64,000 nucleotides of DNA from Thermoplasmata archaeon (GTDB lineage: Archaea > Thermoplasmatota > Thermoplasmata > Lutacidiplasmatales > UBA184). Where the stretch lies: positions 9,009-73,008 of the forward strand of contig DAHUXZ010000004.1 of assembly GCA_027315455.1 (NCBI GenBank), in the 5' to 3' direction. The notes beneath the pieces are model-generated. The model saw nothing but the letters and a program-made list of their open reading frames with translations. It made no database searches and was not told where the DNA came from. Both the position numbers and the translations under genes were made by a program. Of the stretch, positions 37,248 through 45,976 are shown piece by piece (the stretch's first letter is position 1; each line of letters opens with the position of its first letter).

Positions 37248-37354
37248 TGGACCGGGCGAGAGTTTCCGGCGCGGGGGGAGGTCCCCCGCGTCCGTTTGAA
37301 CTCGCGGCCTCTACCTTGCCAAGGTAGCGATCTTCCGGACTGATCTACCGGCCC
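37248..37354 (-). tRNA. tRNA-Ala (anticodon GGC) interrupted by a 33-nt insertion in the T-loop
   Basis: Manual cloverleaf on the minus strand:
- Acceptor GGGCCGG/CCGGTCC, with the G3:U70 Ala identity pair and A73.
- D-arm GATC-AGTCCGGAA-GATC.
- Anticodon arm CTACC-TTGGCAA-GGTAG.
- T-stem GCGAG/CTCGC.
The T-loop TTCAAA is separated from T+CTCGC by 33 nt. Confidence 0.85.
37262..37294 (-). other. Putative non-canonical tRNA intron (T-loop, position about 59/60)
   Basis: Minus-strand sequence CGGACGCGGGGGACCTCCCCCCGCGCCGGAAAC. It has the same length and position as the tRNA-Arg insert and a 7-bp internal hairpin GCGGGGG/CCCCCGC. Confidence 0.7.
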
Positions 37355-37459
37355 ACGCCGACTCGGCGACGCGGCTCGACACATAACCGTTGTCACCCGT
37401 CCGAGCCGGCGCTCCGGCCCCCGACGAGGGTTTGAACGCGGCCGGGCCTGAGGGGCGGC

Positions 37460-37999
37460 ATGGCCCGCACGCACGCCGCGGGGCGCCCCCGCTACCGGCT
37501 GCGGCGGGTCGCCTTGACCGACCTCGAGCTCCTCGGCAAGCACCGCGCGGGAATGTGGCGGGACATCGGGGGCCGGTCCGAGCGGGCGATCGCCGGCCAC
37601 CTGCCCGCGTACCGCCGGTGGCTGCGCACGGCATTCGCGCGTCGCCGGGTGACCGGGTTCGTCGCCGAGGATGCGGACGGTGCTCCGGTCGCGAGCGGTC
37701 TCGTCTGGTTCCAGGACGCCCAGCCCCGGCCCGGGGAGCTCGCGCCGCAGGCGCCGTACATCCTCTCGATGTACACCGAACCCGCGCATCGGGGCCACGG
37801 TCTCGCCACCCAGATCGTCCGGGCCCTCATCGCCCTCTGCCGGTCGCGGGGCTACCGGCGGGTGACCCTCCACGCGAGCGAAGCCGGGCGGCCCGTCTAC
37901 GCACGCCTCGGGTTCGTCCCCACCCGCGAGATGCGCCGGTTCCTTTCGGCCCGGACCCGGTCGGCGGCCCGCGCCCCGGCGGTCCGCCGGTCCCGATAG
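37460..37999 (+). CDS. GNAT family N-acetyltransferase
   Basis: Acetyl-CoA binding block HRGHGLATQIVRALIALCRSRGYRRVTLHASEAGRPVYARLGF. Confidence 0.75.
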   Translation: MARTHAAGRPRYRLRRVALTDLELLGKHRAGMWRDIGGRSERAIAGHLPAYRRWLRTAFARRRVTGFVAEDADGAPVASGLVWFQDAQPRPGELAPQAPYILSMYTEPAHRGHGLATQIVRALIALCRSRGYRRVTLHASEAGRPVYARLGFVPTREMRRFLSARTRSAARAPAVRRSR

Positions 38000-38053
38000 C
38001 CCTCGGCGTGCCGACGCAAACTGTTATGCCCCGGGGGCCGCTCAGCGCCCGGG

Positions 38054-38413
38054 ATGACCGAGGACTCCTCCGGAACGGAACCCCTCGAGGTGCTCCTGAA
38101 GAGCACCCAGGACCTCCTGAAGCCCGAGGTCCTTGTCCGCGAGGCGACGCGGGACATCGTCAAGGAGGAGATCCGCCGCCACCTCGAAAAGACCCTCCAC
38201 GAAGACCCTTCGCTCGAGCACGATCTGAAGGACGCGGTCCGGGCCCTTCTCGAGGCGCGGGCCCTCGAGTACGCCGCGGTCCTCCGGGTCGGCACCGTCA
38301 CGGCCCGGCTCGGGATGGCCGCGATCCCGCCGGAGCTGCGCAGCGCGCTGACCCGCGACGTCGTCGACCTGATCAGCAAGGAGCTCGGACAGATTGTCGA
38401 GAAATCCCTCTAG
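38054..38413 (+). CDS. Hypothetical helical protein (119 aa)
   Basis: ATG-initiated ORF with balanced composition that overlaps the start of the downstream PAC2 gene by 20 nt. I recognise no family. Confidence 0.5.
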   Translation: MTEDSSGTEPLEVLLKSTQDLLKPEVLVREATRDIVKEEIRRHLEKTLHEDPSLEHDLKDAVRALLEARALEYAAVLRVGTVTARLGMAAIPPELRSALTRDVVDLISKELGQIVEKSL

Positions 38414-39227
38414 CGCCTCCCTCGCGCCCGATGAGGTCCGGATCTACGAGCTCAAGCGGATCGACGTCGAGGGGGCCATCGTCATCGACGGCTTCCCGTC
38501 CGTCGGGCTCGTGAGCTCGATCGTCGCGAACTACCTGATCGATACCCTCCAGATGGAGCAGATCGGGATCGTCGAATCTCCCGCGTTCCCGACCGTCTCG
38601 CTCGTCCGTAACGGGAACCCGCACCATCCGGTGCGCATCTACGCCGGTCGGCCGGCGGCCGACCGCACCGGCCGCGTGGCCGACCGGATCGTCGCCTTCG
38701 TTTCGGAGTTCCATCCGGCGCCGACGGTGATCCACCCGCTCGCGACGACGATCATGGACTGGATCCAGGAGCAGCGCTGCGGGCTCCTCGTCTCCCCCGA
38801 GGGCCTCGTCGTCGACCGCCCCGAGGGCGAGCCCCGGGGCCGGCCGACGAAGCTCGCCGACGTCAAGGTCTACGGCGTCGCAAGCACCCGGAAGGCGAGC
38901 GAGCTCTACATCGAGCCGAACACGCTCCCGTTCATCGAGGGGGTCATCACCGGGATCGCCGGGGTCCTGCTCAACGAGGGCCGGCGCCGGGGCTTTGACG
39001 TCCTGACGTTCCTCGCCGAGGCCCAGTCCGACTACCCCGACGCCCGCGCGGCGGCGAAGGTGATCGAGACGATCAATCGCATCCTGCTGCGGACCCCGCT
39101 CGACCCGGTCCCGCTCTACCACGAGGCGGAGCGGATCGAGCAGCAGCTCCTGTCGATCCAGCGGCATGCCTCCGACAAGGGCCACACCGAGCGCCCGCCG
39201 GCCGCCTCTCCCCCCATGTACCGGTAG
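38394..39227 (+). CDS. PAC2-family proteasome assembly chaperone (PbaA/PbaB-like) with C-terminal HbYX motif
   Basis: COG1938/PAC2-like N-terminus (AIVIDGFPSVGLVSSIVANYLI) and a C-terminus ending ...PPMYR (hydrophobic-Tyr-X). A TTG start is inferred. Confidence 0.7.
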   Translation: MSRNPSSASLAPDEVRIYELKRIDVEGAIVIDGFPSVGLVSSIVANYLIDTLQMEQIGIVESPAFPTVSLVRNGNPHHPVRIYAGRPAADRTGRVADRIVAFVSEFHPAPTVIHPLATTIMDWIQEQRCGLLVSPEGLVVDRPEGEPRGRPTKLADVKVYGVASTRKASELYIEPNTLPFIEGVITGIAGVLLNEGRRRGFDVLTFLAEAQSDYPDARAAAKVIETINRILLRTPLDPVPLYHEAERIEQQLLSIQRHASDKGHTERPPAASPPMYR

Positions 39228-39233
39228 CCCGGC

Positions 39234-40511
39234 TCAGCGTCGGCGGCGACCCACCGCCCGCGGACGGGGCGCGACCTTCGGAGGGCGAGGGCCCTTTCCC
39301 TCCGTGCGCCGGAGCAGCTCCCGGACACCGCGGACGAGCGCGTCGACGTCCGTCCCGTCGTTGTAGAGATAGAACGAGGCGCGGACGTTGCCCGTGAGGC
39401 CGCGTCGGTCGTACCAGGAGTGCACGCAGTGCCGGCCCGAGCGGACCAGGACCGAGTGCCCCGCGTCCAGGAAGAGGGCGGCGTCGTGGCTGTCGACCCC
39501 GTCGAGCGCGAAGGCGAGGATGCTCGGTCGGTCGGCGGGGTCCGCCGGTCCGAGCGGGTGGAACCGGTCCTCGCCGGCGAGGGCGGCCGTCGCGCGCGCG
39601 TTGAGGCGGCGGTCGTGGTCGGCGATCGTGTCCCGGCCGGCCGCCTCGAGGTAGCGGACCGCCGCGTGGCTTCCGAGGACGCCGGCGTAGTTCTGGAGGC
39701 CGGCCTCGAAGCGGTGGGGCGGGGGCCGGAGGGCGTGCTCGGTCAGCGTCGTCCATTCGACCGTCTCCCCGCCCACCAAAAGCGGCTCGAGCGTGTCGAG
39801 GGCGCCGGGGGCGGCCGCAAGGACCCCGGTGCCGGTCGGCCCGAGCATCTTGTGGCCGGAGAGGGCGTAGAAATCCGCGCCGAGGCGGGCGAGGTCGATG
39901 GGGACGTGCGGCGCCGCCTGGCATCCATCCAACAGGACGCGCGCGCCGTGGGCATGGGCGCGCTCGACGATCTCGGCGACGGGCAACGAGCGCCCGTCGA
40001 GGTTCGAGGTGTGGAACAGGCTCACCAGCGTCACGCCGCGCGCGACGCGCTCCTCGAACGCCTCGAGGTCGAACGACCCGTCCTCCGGGAGCGGGAGGAC
40101 GTCGAGGCCGACGCCCCGCTCGGTGCCCAGGCGTTGCCAGAGCACGAGGTTGGAGTTGTGCTCCTGGTCGGAGACGAGCACGCGGTCGCCCCGCCCCAGC
40201 GAGAGCCCCCGGCCCACGAGGTTGATCGCTTCGGTCGCGTTGCGGACAAAGACGATGGACGCGGCGTCCCGGGTCCCCAGGAACCGGGCGAACCCCTCCC
40301 TCGCCGCCTCGAAGCGGTGGGAGACCTCCTCGGAGAACCGATGGAGGCTGCGCCCGGCGCAGCCCGGAAAGTCCCGGTAGTACTCCTCCATCGCCCGGAG
40401 CACCGGGCGCGGGACGAGCGACATGCACGCCGAATCGAGATAGTGGATCATCGGGCGGCCGGGACGGCGCGCGAGCGCCGGAAAGTCGGCCCGACACCCG
40501 GCCCGGGGCAT
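39234..40511 (-). CDS. Cysteine desulfurase, SufS-like (class V aminotransferase)
   Basis: PLP-lysine block ALSGHKMLGPTGTG and the catalytic-Cys block RSGRHC. ATG at 40511; the tracked ORF extends spuriously to 41387. Confidence 0.9.
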   Translation of the reverse strand: MPRAGCRADFPALARRPGRPMIHYLDSACMSLVPRPVLRAMEEYYRDFPGCAGRSLHRFSEEVSHRFEAAREGFARFLGTRDAASIVFVRNATEAINLVGRGLSLGRGDRVLVSDQEHNSNLVLWQRLGTERGVGLDVLPLPEDGSFDLEAFEERVARGVTLVSLFHTSNLDGRSLPVAEIVERAHAHGARVLLDGCQAAPHVPIDLARLGADFYALSGHKMLGPTGTGVLAAAPGALDTLEPLLVGGETVEWTTLTEHALRPPPHRFEAGLQNYAGVLGSHAAVRYLEAAGRDTIADHDRRLNARATAALAGEDRFHPLGPADPADRPSILAFALDGVDSHDAALFLDAGHSVLVRSGRHCVHSWYDRRGLTGNVRASFYLYNDGTDVDALVRGVRELLRRTEGKGPRPPKVAPRPRAVGRRRR

Positions 40512-40513
40512 CG

Positions 40514-41806
40514 TCAGGCCCCCTGGAGCGCGACGGTGGCGGCGGCGAGGCCCGCCGAACCCATGACCAGCGCGGCGTCGGTCGGGGCGAACGTGGCGCT
40601 GTGGAGGGTGGCCGGAGCGGCGGCGGTCCCGGTCCCGAGGAACAGGAGCGTTCCGGGAACCCGCTCGAGGTAGCGCGAGAAGTCCTCCGCGCCGAGGACG
40701 GGCCGCTCGAGCTCGCGGACCGCCCGCTCGCCGAACTCCTCGGCGAGCCCGCTCACGACCACTTCGGTCGCGGCGGGGGAATTGACGGTCACCGGGTAGC
40801 CCCGCCGGTAGACGATGCGGACCCGCGCGCCCAACCCGGCGGCAAGGGCGCGGACGCGGCGACGGAACGCGCGTTCCATGAGGTCGCGGGTCCCCGGGCT
40901 CAGCGTGCGGACCGTGCCCTCGATGACCACCTCGTCCGGGAGGATGTTGTGCCGGGTGCCCCCGTGCACCGACCCGACGCTCACCACGACCGGGTCGAGC
41001 GGGTCGCGCACGCGGCTCACGAGCGCCGGAAGACCCGCCACGATCTCGGCCGCGGCGAGGATCGCGTCCGGACCGCGATGGGGGTAGGCCGCATGCCCGC
41101 CGCGGCCGAGGACGGTGACGCGGAAGCGGTCCGCGGCCGCCATGATCGGTCCCTTGCGCCAGCCGTAGCTGCCGAGGGGGAGGCCCGGCTCGACGTGCTG
41201 GCCGAGGACGTAGTCGACCGGGGGGTCGTCGAACGCCCCCCGCTCGAGGAACGGCGCCGCGCCGCCCCGTTCGCCATCCTCCTCCGCGGGCTGGAAGATC
41301 AGCTTGACCGGGCCGGCGAGCGAGGAACGGCGGGCGAGGAGCGCGGCCGCGCCGAGGAGACAGGTCATGTGGACGTCGTGGCCGCACGCGTGCATGCGCC
41401 CCCGGCGGGTCGAGGTGAACGGAAGTCCCGTCGCCTCGGTGACCGGGAGGGCATCCATGTCGGCCCGGACGGCGACCACCGGCCCCCGCCGGTCGCGGCC
41501 GATCACCCCGAGGACGCCGGTGAAATCCGGGTACGTCGTCGCGGGGATCCCGAGCTCGCCCAGGATGCGCACGAGGCGGTCCCGGGTCCGTCGCTCCTCG
41601 TTCGCGAGCTCCGGGTCGCGGTGGAACTCTTCGCGCCAGCGCTTGAGCCGCGGAAGGAGGCGACGCGCTTCGCGCGAGAATGGGCCGGACCGCGGCGGCA
41701 CGCTCGGGTGGGAGACCCCGAACGGTATATGACGGGAGGCGGCGATGGGCCCCACGGTCTCCGCACGGCGGTGGGCCCGGCGCCGGAGCGGGGGGGCAAA
41801 ATACAT
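40514..41806 (-). CDS. M20D-family amidohydrolase (N-acyl-amino acid amidohydrolase/hippuricase-like)
   Basis: Metal-binding block MHACGHDVH and the typical HRDPELANEE start region. The start is uncertain: the ATG at 41806 sits only a few nt from the TATA-like island, and the GTG at 41755 is an alternative. Confidence 0.8.
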   Translation of the reverse strand: MYFAPPLRRRAHRRAETVGPIAASRHIPFGVSHPSVPPRSGPFSREARRLLPRLKRWREEFHRDPELANEERRTRDRLVRILGELGIPATTYPDFTGVLGVIGRDRRGPVVAVRADMDALPVTEATGLPFTSTRRGRMHACGHDVHMTCLLGAAALLARRSSLAGPVKLIFQPAEEDGERGGAAPFLERGAFDDPPVDYVLGQHVEPGLPLGSYGWRKGPIMAAADRFRVTVLGRGGHAAYPHRGPDAILAAAEIVAGLPALVSRVRDPLDPVVVSVGSVHGGTRHNILPDEVVIEGTVRTLSPGTRDLMERAFRRRVRALAAGLGARVRIVYRRGYPVTVNSPAATEVVVSGLAEEFGERAVRELERPVLGAEDFSRYLERVPGTLLFLGTGTAAAPATLHSATFAPTDAALVMGSAGLAAATVALQGA

Positions 41807-41808
41807 AG

Positions 41809-41818
41809 TTATTTATAG
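41809..41818. promoter_or_regulatory. AT-rich island (TTATTTATAG) in the divergent amidohydrolase/dnaK spacer
   Basis: The longest AT-rich stretch I noticed in the window (about 41797-41820). It lies about 75-80 nt upstream of the dnaK ATG, which is itself preceded by GGAG. Confidence 0.45.
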
Positions 41819-41891
41819 TAACGCAGGCTTACACTTGCTGTAAAGTCGGGTGCGAGGGCTCTGTCCCTCCTCGCCCGCCGGAGTTCACCGT

Positions 41892-43790
41892 ATGGCCAAG
41901 ATCATCGGAATCGACCTCGGAACGAGCAACTCGGCCGCCGCCGTGCTGGAGGCAGGACGCCCCGTCATCATCCCTAGCGCCGAAGGGACGACCGTGGGGG
42001 GCGGGAAGGCGTTCCCGTCCTACGTCGCCTTCACGAAGGACGGCCAGCTCATCGTCGGAGAGCCCGCGCGGCGCCAGGCGATCTCGAATCCCGAGGGGAC
42101 CATCACCGCGTTCAAGCGGAAGATGGGCACCGACCACAAGTACCACATCCTCGGAAAGGAGTACACGCCCCAGCAGCTGAGCGCCTTCCTCCTGCAGAAG
42201 ATCAAGCGGGACGCGGAGGCGTTCCTCGGCGAGAAGGTCGAGAAGGCCGTCATCACCGTCCCCGCCTACTTCAACGACAACCAGCGCCAGGCGACCAAGG
42301 ATGCGGGCGCGATCGCCGGTCTCGAGGTCGTCCGCATCATCAACGAGCCCACGGCCGCGTCGCTCGCCTACGGACTCGACAAGGGGGCGAAGTCGCAGAA
42401 GATCCTCGTCTTCGACCTCGGCGGAGGAACCCTCGATGTCACGATCATGGAGTTCGGCGAGGGGGTCTTCGAGGTCATCTCGACGAGCGGGGACACCCAG
42501 CTCGGCGGGACCGACATGGACAGCTCGCTCAGCGAGTTCATCGCCGCCGAGTTCCAGAAGGAGAGCGGCATCGACGTCCGTCGCGACAAGATGGCGATGC
42601 AGCGGGTCCGCGACGCCGCGGAGAAGGCGAAGATCGAGCTCTCCTCGACGCTCGAGACGCAGATCAACCTGCCGTTCCTGACCGCGACCCAGGACGGGCC
42701 GAAGCATCTAGCCCTTCCGCTCTCGCGCGCGAAGCTCGAGGAGCTCATCCGCCCGATCATCGAGCGGTGCCGGGGGCCGGTCGACCAGTCGATCCGCGAC
42801 GCGAAGCTCGCGAAGGAGCAGATCGACCGGATCGTCCTGGTCGGAGGGCCGACGCGGATGCCGATCGTCCAGCGGTTCGTCGAGCAGTCGGTCGGCCGCC
42901 CCATCGAGCGCGGCGTCGACCCGATGGAGTGCGTCGCCATGGGCGCGGCGATCCAGGGTGGCGTCCTCGCCGGCGAGGTCAAGGACGTCCTCCTCCTCGA
43001 CGTGACGCCGCTGTCCCTCGGGGTCGAGACGCTCGGCGGCGTCTTCACCAAGCTCATCGAGCGCAACACGACGATCCCGACGCGCAAGAGCCAGATCTTC
43101 ACCACGGCCAGCGACAGCCAGAGCTCCGTCGAGATCAAGGTCTACCAGGGCGAGCGGCCGATCGCGGTGGACAACGTCGCCCTCGGCGACTTCATGCTCA
43201 CCGGCATCCCGCCGGCCCCCCGCGGCACCCCGCAGATCGAGGTGTCGTTCGACATCGACGCGAACGGCATCCTCAACGTCTCGGCGAAGGACCTCGCGAC
43301 GGGGAAGAAGCAGGGCATCACGATCACGGCGTCGACGAAGCTGTCGAAGGACGAGGTCGCGAAGATGGTCCATCAGGCGGAGGAGTTCGCCGACCGGGAC
43401 CGCGAGCGGGCCCAGTCGATCGAGGCGCGGAACCGCGCCGAGTCGCTCTCGTACGAGGCCGAGCGTCTCATCGCCGAGAACAAGGACAAGATCCCCGAGC
43501 CCGACCAGGCCGAGGTCCGCGAGAAGGTCGCGGCGCTACGGACCGCGCTCGAGGGGAAGGACGCCGGCGCGGTGACGTCACGGGCCGATGAGCTCACGAA
43601 GACCCTCCACCGGATCTCCCAGCGGATGTACGAATCCGCCCGCGCCTCGGGCGGCGGCGCTCCCGGGGAGGCCCAGGGCGGGGCTCCGCCGGGCGAGGGC
43701 TCCCCGACGGGTCGCGGCTCCGCCTCGGGCCCCGTCGACGCCGACTTCAAGGTCGTCGACAAGGAACCCGGCGAGGAGAAGGGCGCGTAG
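41892..43790 (+). CDS. dnaK: Molecular chaperone DnaK (Hsp70)
   Basis: [33 protein letters not shown] signatures. 632 aa. Confidence 0.97.
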   Translation: MAKIIGIDLGTSNSAAAVLEAGRPVIIPSAEGTTVGGGKAFPSYVAFTKDGQLIVGEPARRQAISNPEGTITAFKRKMGTDHKYHILGKEYTPQQLSAFLLQKIKRDAEAFLGEKVEKAVITVPAYFNDNQRQATKDAGAIAGLEVVRIINEPTAASLAYGLDKGAKSQKILVFDLGGGTLDVTIMEFGEGVFEVISTSGDTQLGGTDMDSSLSEFIAAEFQKESGIDVRRDKMAMQRVRDAAEKAKIELSSTLETQINLPFLTATQDGPKHLALPLSRAKLEELIRPIIERCRGPVDQSIRDAKLAKEQIDRIVLVGGPTRMPIVQRFVEQSVGRPIERGVDPMECVAMGAAIQGGVLAGEVKDVLLLDVTPLSLGVETLGGVFTKLIERNTTIPTRKSQIFTTASDSQSSVEIKVYQGERPIAVDNVALGDFMLTGIPPAPRGTPQIEVSFDIDANGILNVSAKDLATGKKQGITITASTKLSKDEVAKMVHQAEEFADRDRERAQSIEARNRAESLSYEAERLIAENKDKIPEPDQAEVREKVAALRTALEGKDAGAVTSRADELTKTLHRISQRMYESARASGGGAPGEAQGGAPPGEGSPTGRGSASGPVDADFKVVDKEPGEEKGA

Positions 43791-43808
43791 GCCCGGCCCC
43801 GCGGGCGG

Positions 43809-44942
43809 CTACCCCCGGGCGACCTCGGCCGGCCACGCGCGGCCGGTCGGCGGGCCGACGTAGCGGACGTCGGGCCGGATGAGGCGGTTGTCGCCGACCT
43901 GCTCGAGCGCGTGCGCGGCCCATCCGGCCGTGCGCGCGACGGCGAAGGTCGGCGTGAAGAGCGCCGGAGGGAGTCCGACGGACTCGAGGGCGACGGCGCC
44001 GTAGTACTCGACGTTCGTGTAGAGCCGGCGCCCCGCCCGCTGCCGCTCGAGCGCGGCGAGCGCCTCGCGCTCCACGGCCTCCGCGAGGGCGAGGCGATCC
44101 GACGACGCGATCGCTCGGGCGATGGCGTGGAGCACGATCGCCCGGGGGTCCTCGGTCTTGTAGGCACGGTGCCCGAAACCGTAGAGCCGCTCCTTCCGTG
44201 CGAGGGTCGCCTCGATCCACCCGGGCGCCGCGGACGCGCGGCCGATCGCGTCGAGCATCGCCGCGACGCGGGCGGGGGCGCCGCCGTGCGCCGGCCCCTT
44301 GAGGGCCCCGAGGGCCGCGGTGGCCGCCGAGACGAGGTCCGAGCCGGTGGAGAGCACGACCCGGAGGGCGAAGGTCGAGGCGTTCATGCCGTGGTCGGCG
44401 AGCAGGATGAGGTACTGCTCGAGGGCGCGCGACGCGGCGGCCGAAGGTTCTTCGCCGGTCAGCATCCACAGGTAGTTCGCGGCGTGCCCGAGGTCCGGGC
44501 GCGGGGCGACCGGGGCGAGGCCGCGGGACCGGCGGACGTGGCGCGCGAGGAGGGTCGGTGCCTGGGCGATCAGGGTGAGCCCCTGCTCCCGGGTCGGCGG
44601 GGCCGGGAACGTCCCGTCCCCGAGGGCGCTCAGGCCGGTCCGCATCGCCTCGAGCGGGTCGAGGCCGGGGGGGAGGGCGTCGAGGACCCGGAGCACCCCC
44701 GCCGGTAGCGCTCGCCGCGAGGCGAGGTCGGCCGTGAGCCGGTCGAGCTCGGCCGGCCCGGGCGGGCGGCCCTGGACCAGCAGATGGACGACGCCCTCGA
44801 ACGACGCCGAGCGGGCGAGGGTGTCGATCGCGAAGCCCCGGTAGTGGAGCTCCCCCGTCTCGCCGCCGACGTACGCGATCGTAGAGTCGCCCATGACGAC
44901 ATGCTCGAGCCCCTTCTGGGGGACCGACCGTGGTGCTTCCAT
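43809..44942 (-). CDS. Citrate synthase (small archaeal/type I-like form)
   Basis: LLADHGMNASTF, GPAHGGA and GFGHRAYKTEDPR signatures. ATG at 44942. Confidence 0.9.
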   Translation of the reverse strand: MEAPRSVPQKGLEHVVMGDSTIAYVGGETGELHYRGFAIDTLARSASFEGVVHLLVQGRPPGPAELDRLTADLASRRALPAGVLRVLDALPPGLDPLEAMRTGLSALGDGTFPAPPTREQGLTLIAQAPTLLARHVRRSRGLAPVAPRPDLGHAANYLWMLTGEEPSAAASRALEQYLILLADHGMNASTFALRVVLSTGSDLVSAATAALGALKGPAHGGAPARVAAMLDAIGRASAAPGWIEATLARKERLYGFGHRAYKTEDPRAIVLHAIARAIASSDRLALAEAVEREALAALERQRAGRRLYTNVEYYGAVALESVGLPPALFTPTFAVARTAGWAAHALEQVGDNRLIRPDVRYVGPPTGRAWPAEVARG

Positions 44943-45021
44943 CGCCGCGGGGAGAGTCGCCCGTGAGATAGCGTTGTGCGCGCGACAAAGCTTATTGGAG
45001 CCGCCCGGGTCCTCCTCGGAG

Positions 45022-45267
45022 ATGGCCGTTCCGCCCGCCCAGCTGCTCGAGCGCATGGTCCAGCAGAAGGTCGCCCTCCGGCTGAAGGACGGCCGTGAGC
45101 TGGTGGGGCGCCTCGTCGCCGCCGATGAGCACATGAACGTCGTCCTGGACGAGGCCGAGGAGGTCCAGTCCGACTCCCGCCGTCGGCTCGGCCGGGTCGT
45201 CCTGCGCGGGTCGAACGTCGTGAGCCTGAACGCTCCCGGGGGCGCCTCCGCGCCGTCGCGCGGATGA
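45022..45267 (+). CDS. Sm-like archaeal protein (SmAP/LSm)
   Basis: Sm1/Sm2 motifs VALRLKDGRELVGRLVAADEHMNVVLDEAEE...LGRVVLRGSNVVSL. Confidence 0.9.
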   Translation: MAVPPAQLLERMVQQKVALRLKDGRELVGRLVAADEHMNVVLDEAEEVQSDSRRRLGRVVLRGSNVVSLNAPGGASAPSRG

Positions 45268-45974
45268 CGGCCGTGACCCCCGCGACCTCCGCGACCCCCG
45301 CCCCCCGCACGCGTCCCCGGGGGGAGGAGCGGGAGCTCCTCAAGCTCCTCGCGCTCGCCGGGGCGCACCATACCCCGGCCGTCCTCACGAGCGGAGAGCT
45401 CGGTCGTCGCCTGGGCGTGAGCCAGCAGGCCGCCGACCGCTACCTGGTCGCTCTCGAGAAGCGCGGCCTCCTCACCCGGCAGTTCGCGGCGCGCCGCCAG
45501 CGGATCACCCTCACCCCGCCCGCCCTCGAGCTCCTCCGGGCCGACTACCACGTCTACCGGCGCATCTTCGAGGGACCGGCGTCGATGCGCTTCTCCGGGG
45601 TCGTCACGAGCGGGCTCGGGGAAGGCCGCTACTACCTGAGCCAGCCGGGCTACGTGGTCCAGTTCAGCGAGCGCCTCGGCTACGCGCCGTACCCCGGGAC
45701 CCTCAACGTGAAGCTCCGGCCCGAGGACCTGGCGCGCGTCTCATCGGTCCGGGGGTGGAACGGCCTCCGGATCGACGGCTTCCAGGCGGCCGGGAGGACG
45801 TTCGGCGGCGCGACGTGCCACGCCGCCCGCCTGTCGGGCCGGCCCTGCCACCTCATCGTCCCCGACCGCACGAGCCACCAGGACGTGGTCGAGTTCGTCG
45901 CTCCGGAGTTCCTCCGCGAGGCGCTCCACCTCAAGGACGGCGATCCCCTCGACGTCGAGATCCAGGAGGCCTAG
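45264..45974 (+). CDS. ribK: CTP-dependent riboflavin kinase fused to an N-terminal wHTH (RbkR-like)
   Basis: The C-terminal domain VVTSGLGEGRYYLS...YPGTLNVKL... matches the archaeal riboflavin kinase family. The N-terminal half contains HTH-like LTSGELGRRLGVSQQAADRYLVALEKRGLL. Confidence 0.85.
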   Translation: MTAVTPATSATPAPRTRPRGEERELLKLLALAGAHHTPAVLTSGELGRRLGVSQQAADRYLVALEKRGLLTRQFAARRQRITLTPPALELLRADYHVYRRIFEGPASMRFSGVVTSGLGEGRYYLSQPGYVVQFSERLGYAPYPGTLNVKLRPEDLARVSSVRGWNGLRIDGFQAAGRTFGGATCHAARLSGRPCHLIVPDRTSHQDVVEFVAPEFLREALHLKDGDPLDVEIQEA

Positions 45975-45976
45975 CC

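Noticed and set aside
37219-37260. Repeat of CTCGCCCGG (the tRNA-Ala T-stem/acceptor 3' half) 22 nt downstream of the tRNA, forming an 8-bp hairpin CTCGCCCG-GATCG-CGGGCGAG. I considered it as an attachment-site duplication left by an integrated element.
   Set aside because: Only 9-10 nt are repeated. No integrase or foreign-looking genes flank the tRNA, and the neighbouring genes are housekeeping. It is more simply a post-tRNA structural hairpin, or chance in GC-rich DNA.
40512-41387. Upstream extension of the cysteine desulfurase ORF (717 aa in the track). Similar 5' extensions occur for the GT2, epimerase, PCNA, CysRS, cmk, uL18, eL19, eS4, uL14, uL4, citrate synthase, Sm, NadE, RaSEA and synthase genes.
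   Set aside because: The extensions overlap the adjacent upstream gene and are Arg/Pro-rich. An internal ATG or GTG coincides with the homologous N-terminus and with stop/start coupling to the neighbour.
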